From Camelus ferus (lineage: Eukaryota), in the NCBI RefSeq assembly GCF_009834535.1, contig NC_045696.1:34846001-34910000 (forward strand): a stretch of 64,000 nt of DNA. Reading direction: 5' to 3'. The notes below the pieces were generated by a model that ran no database searches, had not been told where the DNA came from, and saw only the letters and a program-made list of their open reading frames with translations. Below are positions 55,491 through 64,000 of this stretch, in pieces. Positions within the stretch are counted from its first letter, which is position 1; the number at the start of each line of letters is the position of its first letter. Both the position numbers and the translations under genes were made by a program.

Positions 55491-56949
55491 TGAGAAAAGC
55501 TAAAATTATGCTTACTGAGATGAGTATGCCAACATAATTCTAAAATGTATGAATAAATTTTATAGAAGAACAAATAAAAAACAATCATAAAAAAATGAAT
55601 TCACTCTAGCAGGAGTGAAAAATAATTAAGCAACTAAAAAAACCTCCAGAATAAGTTATGTTTAGAATTCAGAGTGGTAACTGAAGAAATCAGATCTATA
55701 AAATAGAACAAAAATTCATGAAATAAAAACATATAACTGAAACAAAAACCAGTGAAGTTAAGCAAGTTGAAATCAAGGAGAAATTTATTATATAAACCCT
55801 TAGCAGAATAGGAATAGAGGTGATTTTCTTAATTTCATAAATGATAACTAAGAAAAATGGCACACTAAATGATGCATCATTTTAAGCATTTTTATATAGA
55901 TGTGTCAATAACATAATCATAACTGTGTCAATATCATGGGTCTTATTGCTTGTTCAAAAGGGAAAAATCTAGCTTTGATAAAAGGAATTGATGAAAGTTT
56001 ATATTTAATTGTTACAAATCAAATACCAGCAGAAGTAATAAGATTGTGGTCACAAAAATGAATATATATCTTGTTATATACTCAAATATTTAGACAGTTT
56101 TGTTATCAAATAGATAGGCTATCAAAGAGGATTGCCCAGTTAGACACCAGACTAGCGTATCACCATAGAAGGCACAAATAAGTCTTGTGTCCCTGACCGT
56201 GTACCATTCACCACATTTTATGTGTTAACTCAGCTACTCAGAGGAGGTAACCCCAGCTCTCTAGGTTAGGTAAATAGAATTCTAACTGCAAGAAAAAAAT
56301 AAGAGGAAGAATAAAAAGAGAAAATGAAGAAATTTATCCCATGTATAAGAAATGTTGTAACCATTTGTAATCATTGTAATAGTGTATGATTTTATCTGCA
56401 TTTTAAAGTGTTGAAAGCATTTAAGAAAATTATATATATGTAAGGCTTATAAGGAGTGTAATCAATGTTCAAATGTTTTGAGTTAACTAAATTTTTTGAT
56501 TTGTGATCTATTAATTTTCATACTGTGTGAATATTTTGAGAAATATTTAAAAATTAATATGCATGGAGTAAAGTGAAAATGGACATGAAAAGAACTGTCA
56601 AAAAGAGAAGAAAGATTTATATAATTGACCATATTACAATTAAAATGTCAGTATGAATACCATAAATGTAGTGAAATTCAACTCACATTTTTAATATAGC
56701 GAACGGTAAATGTAATGAAATTTAACTCATCTTCTAAAATATATTTAAAAAATCCTTATGTTTAAAATATCTAAAAAGAACATAAAAGGAAAATATGTGA
56801 ATCAAATGAAAAACTGATTTGTGAGCTTTTGCATACAAAGTTAATTTATACAAATCAATAACTACACAAATGAAAAACGCTTAAAATATAATAGAATGAA
56901 TGGTCTCACAACAGCAAAAAAAAATATTAAAAATAGAAATAAGCTTAAG

Positions 56950-58760
56950 AAAAGTGCGAAATAAAAAAAGGTTAAAGTAATGTGGAGGGGTGAAAAGTAA
57001 TTTTATGGAAAAGCATACTTTATTCTTGCATAATAGATTTTAAAGTTATAAAAATGTTAATTATATCTAATCTAATCAATACATTTAAATATATCCAAAT
57101 AAAATATCAATAAGATATTTTTGGACATAGCCAAGTTATTTAAGTTTAAAATTGTAAACATAGTTGGAAAAATTATAAAAAATTGTAATGGGGATGGGCC
57201 AACTCCATGAAAAACTGAAAAATATTATATATCTATGGTAAAAATAGTATATATAAACATCAAATAAATAGAGAATCCAGATATTAAGACTTTTTGTTTA
57301 TTTCATAATTCCACATTGGTTAGGAAAAAAAAATTATTCAATAAATAGAACTGGGATTACTGGCTAGCATAGGGGGATAAAAAGCCCTTATAGTCTAACA
57401 TCATTTCTTACAGGGGGGTAAATTTCAGATGACTCACAATTATTATTAAAAAATGGAGCCATAAAAGAAATAACAATAAACATACAATGCTTTTTTTATG
57501 GTCTTGAAATGGAATAGTCTCTCTAAACACAAAAGTAAACCGAACAGTCTCAAAAGAAAAAAATGGTAATTCTAAGTGTGCAACATTTAAAATTGTATAG
57601 AAAAAGACTAAAACGCAGTCAAAAGAAAACATATGGGCTATTTTATTCACTTTCATAATAATGATTTTCCATAAATCAATGGACCCCTGGAAAAATTATG
57701 TATAAAGGACAATTCAGCAACAGAAAATATATGGATTTTTAAATGTTTAAAAATATGCTCAAACTCAATCATGATAAGCAAGTAAAAATTAAAACAATAC
57801 TCTTTTACCCACACTGTATTGATGAGAATCTCTGGAAACACTCATTCTCATACATTGTTGCAGATAATTTAAATTGGAACAGTCTCTTGAGAGAGTATTT
57901 TGGCAAAATATATCAATGTAAAAATACATATACCCTTTGATTCAGCAATTCTACTCTAGGAATTTATCCAACAGTTATATTCTCACTTGTGAACCAAAAA
58001 AGTATATGTAAATGTATGTCAGTATATTCATTGCAGCATTGTTTGTCTCAGCAAACTAATATAAACAACTTAGATGTCCATTATTAGGTAACAAGTAAAA
58101 TCATTTATGATACATTCATATAATGAAGTACCACGTAGTCAAGTAAAAGTATTTTCTATGGGGCTGAATGATATTAGAGATACGGTAAGTGAGGGAAGCA
58201 AGGCAGAAAAGCATCGGGCTCTATTTCATGGTAGGCACTGCTTTCAGTATTGGGATTTAAACAGTGAAAACCTGCCTTCAGGTAGCTTTTATTCTATCAG
58301 AGGAAGACAGTCAACAGAAATGTAAACAAATCAATTAATCTTAAAAGAAGATAATCTTAAATGTTGAGAATTTCCGTAGAGAAGATAAAACAAGGTAATG
58401 CAGTAGGAGGTGACCAGAAGTTATGAGTGCTGCTTTGGTAGGGGTGGTTGGGGGAGGGCAGGCAGAGATATTTTATCTAAGGCTTTGGAATAACATTTTG
58501 GTTATGTTAAGTACAACACAATGCCTACTAGACATATACTCATAAATTTGCATGGAAATATTACTACTTGCATTTATTAAAAAATAGATTCTGTATCTCT
58601 ATCCATATTCATTCATTTACATTTTCACAAATTATCTCTGGAAAGAGAATCAGCTGGTAACAGTGGTTGTCTCTGGGCAAATAAAGGACCTTTCCCTTGT
58701 ATTCTCATTTGCAACATTTGTATTTTTTTGAAATCACATTGCATATATTATCTATTAAAA
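56950..58760 (+). mobile_element. Ancient L1ME-like ORF2/3' remnant
   Basis: ttattcaataaatagaactggg...actggctagc; atataccctttgattcagcaattctactctaggaatttatcc; ctggtaacagtggttgtctctggg. Confidence 0.75.
58220..58470 (-). mobile_element. L2 3' end remnant
   Basis: aggcactgctttcagtattgggatttaaacagtgaaaacctgccttcaggtagcttttattcta. Confidence 0.65.
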
Positions 58761-60064
58761 TAAATATATAAATTCATATCTATTTAGAAATCAAATGTGA
58801 CTTCAGTTCTTACACGTTGGTGATGGTTGGATATAATTTTAAGATATTATTAGTTTTAACAAGGTGAAAAAAAGGAAATATCTCTACTACCATGGAATTA
58901 TTTTTAAGGTATAGGTAAAAATGCCTTTCTGAAAAATCTACAGACACAATATTTCACAAAAAAAATTATTTATACTGAAACTATTTGAGATGTAATCTTA
59001 TTTGGTTGTGGAAATGTATGTGGATATTAGAAAAATTAAAATTATATCTAAACTTGGAAGTCACTGAGTATATATTCTCTGCCCATTTTTATTTATTTAG
59101 TGAATTTAAAGACGCAGGTGAATAAGCCATACAGAGAGGAGGCCAGATACCTCACATACCGCCCTTCATGTCTGTGGGTGATATTACAGTGTTAGGAACC
59201 TCTAGGAAGTCTGTTGAAGGATTTGTTGATGGAAGGTTGATAGAATCAGTGATAAGGAAGAATGATTTTCTTTCCTTTAAAACGATTTCATACTTTAAGG
59301 CATTTTAGTCATAATCTTTAAGCATAGAAAATCATGTTATTGCTTATCAGAGCCTCAATATATAATGCTTACTTTATTTTCCACATAATTTTAAAATACA
59401 AATATGTAAGTTCAAATACAAATACATAAGCAAAGAGCTAAATGTACAGATTGCTTGTCTCTTCTCAGTAAAAATGTTACATTTTTCCAGGGTCTGAGGT
59501 ATAAAGAAAACCACATGGTATAATTTCTATGTATTTTAAAAATAAAATTACTATTTGGAGAGGAAACAGAAAATGAGATAAATTCATTCCTTATACTATT
59601 TTTCTTGGATGAAACTTTAGCAGACTGGTGAAAATGTCTATTAGAGAATTTATTGGCACATAAACAATTTGCCATAGAAATCTTCCTGAAATCTTCCTTC
59701 CCAAATTCACCATGAAGTTCTCAGTTTCAATTTCAGATATTTCACTACTAAAATATTCTTTTAGGATAACTTATTTAGAGCTGGAAATCAAGTGAAACTT
59801 TAAACTGGTAATAAGGTTAAAATTATTTTATAAGAATATTCTGATGTAATTAATAATTACTAGCAAGAGTTTATAAATTAGGGCTGTACAGGTGCAAACT
59901 TATATTCTGGGCTGTCAGGTGTGGCACTTGTCTCTCTTTAATTGTTATGTTTATGCTTATTTTATGTCAAATTGATTTTATTTGAGATTTCACTTATAGC
60001 ACCACACATAAATAAAAATTCACACCATTTAAAAAAATGCCCTCCCCATCCCACTCTCTCTGTA

Positions 60065-60555
60065 TTGAGTGAAAAATTCGAGAAATAAACAATTCACAAG
60101 TTTTAATTTGCATGCTGTTCTGAATAGCATGATGAAATCTCCTGCTGTCCAGCTCCATCCCACCTGGGACATGAGTCATCCTTTGTCCAGCATAGCCAGT
60201 CCCTTAGTCACTAAGTAGCATCTAGGCTATAAAATGGACTGTCATGGTATTGCCTTCAATTAACTCTTAGAAAAGAAATACAAAATTTGCTGAGGTTGCT
60301 AAGATCTATGGTAAGAACAAATCTATGAAATCTGTGAAATTGTGAAGAAGGAAAAAAATTCTACATTCACGTAACTTTCATTACAGTACATTGTTACAAT
60401 TATTCTAGTTTATTATTATTTTATTATTATTATTAGAGATATTGTTAATCTCTTACTGTGCCTCATTTATAAACTAGACTTTATCATAGGAAAAAAACAT
60501 AGTATAGATAGGATCCAGTACTATCCATGGTTTCAGGCATCCACTGGGGGCTGTC
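60065..60555. mobile_element. MER44/Tigger7-derived TcMar DNA transposon
   Basis: gaaataaacaattcacaagttttaatttgcatgctgttctgaatagcatgatgaaatctc...ttgttaatctcttactgtgcct...gtactatccatggtttcaggcatccactgggg. Confidence 0.85.
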
Positions 60556-61479
60556 AAGAGGGTTGAATAGGTTAATATTTGTGATACTCTTGGAGTATTG
60601 TCCTGGCACAGGGTATGTGCTCTATTATTGATGCTGCTGCTGCTGATAGTGTTTGAGTTCACCATTAACAATCCAACTCACTCAGAATGTGAGTCTGCAT
60701 TCTGGGTCCAACAGTGAACATGCTAGCAGGAGGGAAACATGGCGCCTGTGTTCAATATCACCTCACCCAAAAGAAACATGTGCACCAATTTCTAGGCTCA
60801 GTGTTCACTCTCCTTCAAGTAACTTTTCAGATGAAACTCATATACTTTTTCCATCTCTGTTTTTATCAGTCAGCAAAAATGTGTAAGCTTCACATCATGG
60901 ATTTTCTAAAACAACAGCACCTAAATTCTTTATTGTACCTGACCCAGCCTCTACCCCCAACCTATTGCTTCTCTGACTCATTTCCATGTCCCCACTAGAA
61001 TCAAAGCGTCATAAAACTAACTCCCCTCAATTTTCAAAACCGTCTGTGAGTGTTTTCCTATTGTCCTTGTGTTAAGTGAGACTCCTCTCAGTGAGAAAAT
61101 TTACCTGGCAGAATATTTTCAGGAAGTGACTGTTTTCGCAAGCCTCAAGGACATGAGGTGGAAGTGGTGTTATTCCTGCATCTTGTTCCATCCATCCAGA
61201 TCATACTCATTCGGTCTTTTGTAAAACAAACCCCCCAAATCTGGTTAAGTCCTTCATATATATCACCTAATCCGTTTCTGTTGCTGTCATTTGATGGCTT
61301 CCAGAAAATTCTCTCTAATCTTGCAAAGTTTTTGACACATATTTTACAGAAGCTCTTAAGAACAGAAGTGCTGCCATCTTCCTGGGTCACTTCAACCCTT
61401 AAGTGGTTTCTCTATTGTCATATGTACTTCTTGACCTTCTCACCTCTAGAGTCATCCACACTCCCTTTCAACTGCCTAC

Positions 61480-62858
61480 TCTATCAATCCCGTCTAGTAT
61501 CTTCAACATCTCAGATGGCCACAAACTTCTCTCATACTTTATTTAAATACTCCTACTATGATCATTTTATATTGCAATCAAATTCTAGTCCACTGAATTT
61601 TCTTTTGTATCTTAACACCAGAGCCTTCTCCTTTTTTAAAATTTCCTTGCTATTCAACTTAAGTTAATTAGTTAATATTCTAAGAATTCTCTTTCCAGTA
61701 CTAAGTACTTCCTTGACTTTCTCTCTTTTATTCACACTCATTTGTCAAAATCTCAGTCATAGAAGAAACCAATCACCCAATTTCTTTGCATCTGAATCCA
61801 AGTAGTCAAGCAATATGGCAAGAAATTACCCAACTGGGTTTCCTGGTTTAACTATAAGTTAACAGTCACTGACCTTAAATGGGCCCCTCAATGCTACTAA
61901 GAAATCTTGCTATATGTCTTTGAAAATTTGTTCATAATTCTGATTTAAATAATGCCCTTTTCAAACATTTCCACTCTGCCAAAATTTCTAGTCTTCCTAT
62001 CTTCTCTGCTCAATTTCAGTAATGATGCCCCTTATGATTGATTGAAAAATAGAATATGTCAGAGGGGACCTCCTTCAGCCTCATGATATGAAACTGACTT
62101 ATATCTGTCCATATCCTGTGCTTCTTCCTGCAACTGACAAGGCAATGTCCTCCTTTTATCAAGGTGATGCTTCCACTGGTGCTTAGCATTTCAACTTCAT
62201 TGCAGAAAATTCACACAAAAAATTATACCTTCTTTCTCCTACATACTAAATTCTCATTCTAATGATTCCTTCTCTTTGCTTTTTATTCAGGAGTCTCCTG
62301 TTAAAACAAACAAGCAAACATACAAACAAGTTAACAAATGTTTTCATTGAATTTTTCACTTCTGCCCTTTCTCATTAATTTCCTAAATATTTAAACTTCT
62401 AATAAGATTTGTCTCTAACTATATTTCTTCCCATCCAAACCACTCTTTGATCCATTCTAACAGCCTTACTGCTGCTCTCCTCCACTAGATTCACATGTGT
62501 CTTCTTTTTCTTAACCCTAAAAGCACTTTTTAGTCTATTTAACTTTCTGATGGTTTCTCTTCATGTCTTTTCTGATCTTCGCTTCTATCCAATTTTAAAT
62601 GTTAACATTTTTTGAGGTTCTTTTCTTAGGAGTTTTCTTAATTTATGCTATTCCCTGGGAATCTTATTCAAATCCATCTCTTCAATTACCACATTGTCAA
62701 AGCAAGCTCACAAATGTATATTTTTAAATAGATTTTTAGACATTGATGTCTTTGAGTTTTAGAGCTTTGCCTCCAACTTTCTACCAGACAACTTCTCTTA
62801 AATAATTTCAAGCAATCCAAAACTTAATATGTGTGAAACCAAACTCATGATCACCTCC
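61480..62858 (+). mobile_element. L2 LINE remnant
   Basis: cactgaccttaaatgggcccctcaatgct; aaaatagaa...cagaggggacctcc; tccaaaacttaatatgtgtgaaaccaaactcatgatc. Confidence 0.65.
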
Positions 62859-63200
62859 TGTCTTAGTCAGCTTGGACAGCTATAACAAAATACCATAGAC
62901 TGTGTGACTTAAACAATGGAAATTAATTTCTCACATTTCTGGAGGCTGTGAAGTCTAAGATCATGATGCCGGCAATGTAGGTTTTATTCTGAGGCCTTAA
63001 AAGCCTTGTAGGCAGCTACCATCTTGTTGTTTACTCACATGGCCTTTCCTCAGTGTGTGCTCATGAAAAGAGAGGAAAAGAGAGGGAGAGGGAGAGATAG
63101 AGATTCATTTCTCTTTCTCTTTTCATAATACCACCAATCCTATCAGATTAGGGCTCTACACTTATGATCTCATTTAACCCTATTTACCTCCTTATATAAG
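62859..63200 (-). mobile_element. MaLR LTR MLT1A-like
   Basis: tgtcttagtcagcttggacagctataacaaaataccatagactg...ttaaacaa...tttctcacatttctggaggctg...caccaatcctatcagattagggc. Confidence 0.9.
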
Positions 63201-64000
63201 GTGTTACATTTCTAATATCTATGTGTATGGAGATTATTAGTTATTTTTCTAATCAAGACAGTTCTAAGAATCTTAATCTGATTGTTCCACTGAATTATAA
63301 TATAGATGCAGAATTTTACAAAATTACTTATGACTCCATTTTATTATTTTTACCACATGGACCTTATATTTTGAAATTACCTCTCTTTACATTTAAAAAA
63401 AAATTGGTGGTTAACTTTCTCCTTCTTTGTTAATTAAAACATGAAAACCAACTTTGCATAATGCTCAGAAATAGAAAGCCAGGAATTCGATGTTGGAGTT
63501 AATCTATAGAGCCATATTATTGGCTCAATTTTTTTTTTTATATGTATTTAAAAAATCTGGTAGTCTCCCATGAGTAAAGTCATGGACTTTAAAACTTGGA
63601 TCACATTTGGGGAAACTGACATTTACCATTTTGATAATGTTGTGGTTCCTTGATTCAACTGTGGCTGATTCCAACACTTGTCTCTTTACATTAATTTCAT
63701 TTAATGTACAAAAATAATGAGAAAAATAGAAACAGAATTTTTTACGTACTAAATTTATAACTCATCAGGCTTCAGAATTAAAGCATGAACACTGTCCACT
63801 CAGGCCAGAAATTTTACTTAAGTTAGACCTATACAAAGAAAATTAACAGCTCCTTTGCAAGGATGATAGTTTATTGATAAATTATTCCTTATTCTTCATT
63901 TTCTTTGACCCCCCAACTCTGAATGAGAAGCTCTTCTATCTTATGAACTTTACTTCTTCTACTGTAGCACTTATCAAATCATATTATAGTTTTAATTTTA

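Overview
This is AT-rich, CpG-poor mammalian genomic DNA. It is most likely camelid (camel or alpaca), judging from tRNA-Ala-derived Vic-1-type SINEs and the L1 3' ends. The only credible protein-coding sequence is one 730-codon ORF at 32598..34790 (+), recognisable as CSNKA2IP (testis CK2-alpha'-interacting protein), with a candidate splice acceptor and poly(A) signal. The rest is intronic or intergenic and dominated by interspersed repeats: L1/HAL1, L2, MIR, camelid SINEs, MaLR and ERV1 LTRs, a decayed ERV reverse-transcriptase fragment, and hAT/Tigger DNA transposons including an apparently full-length Charlie1 with its 8-bp TSD. All other ORFs in the track look like noise or TE remnants. 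I do not see a convincingly new biological system. The best leads are the two-tier (22/30-aa) repeat architecture and a Cys/His-cluster domain in CSNKA2IP, its uORF-rich leader, an inverted (twin-primed) L1 with a 16-bp TSD, a sense solo LTR upstream of the gene, and candidate non-coding exons. Repeat subfamily names are recalled from consensus sequences, and repeat boundaries are approximate unless a TSD is quoted.
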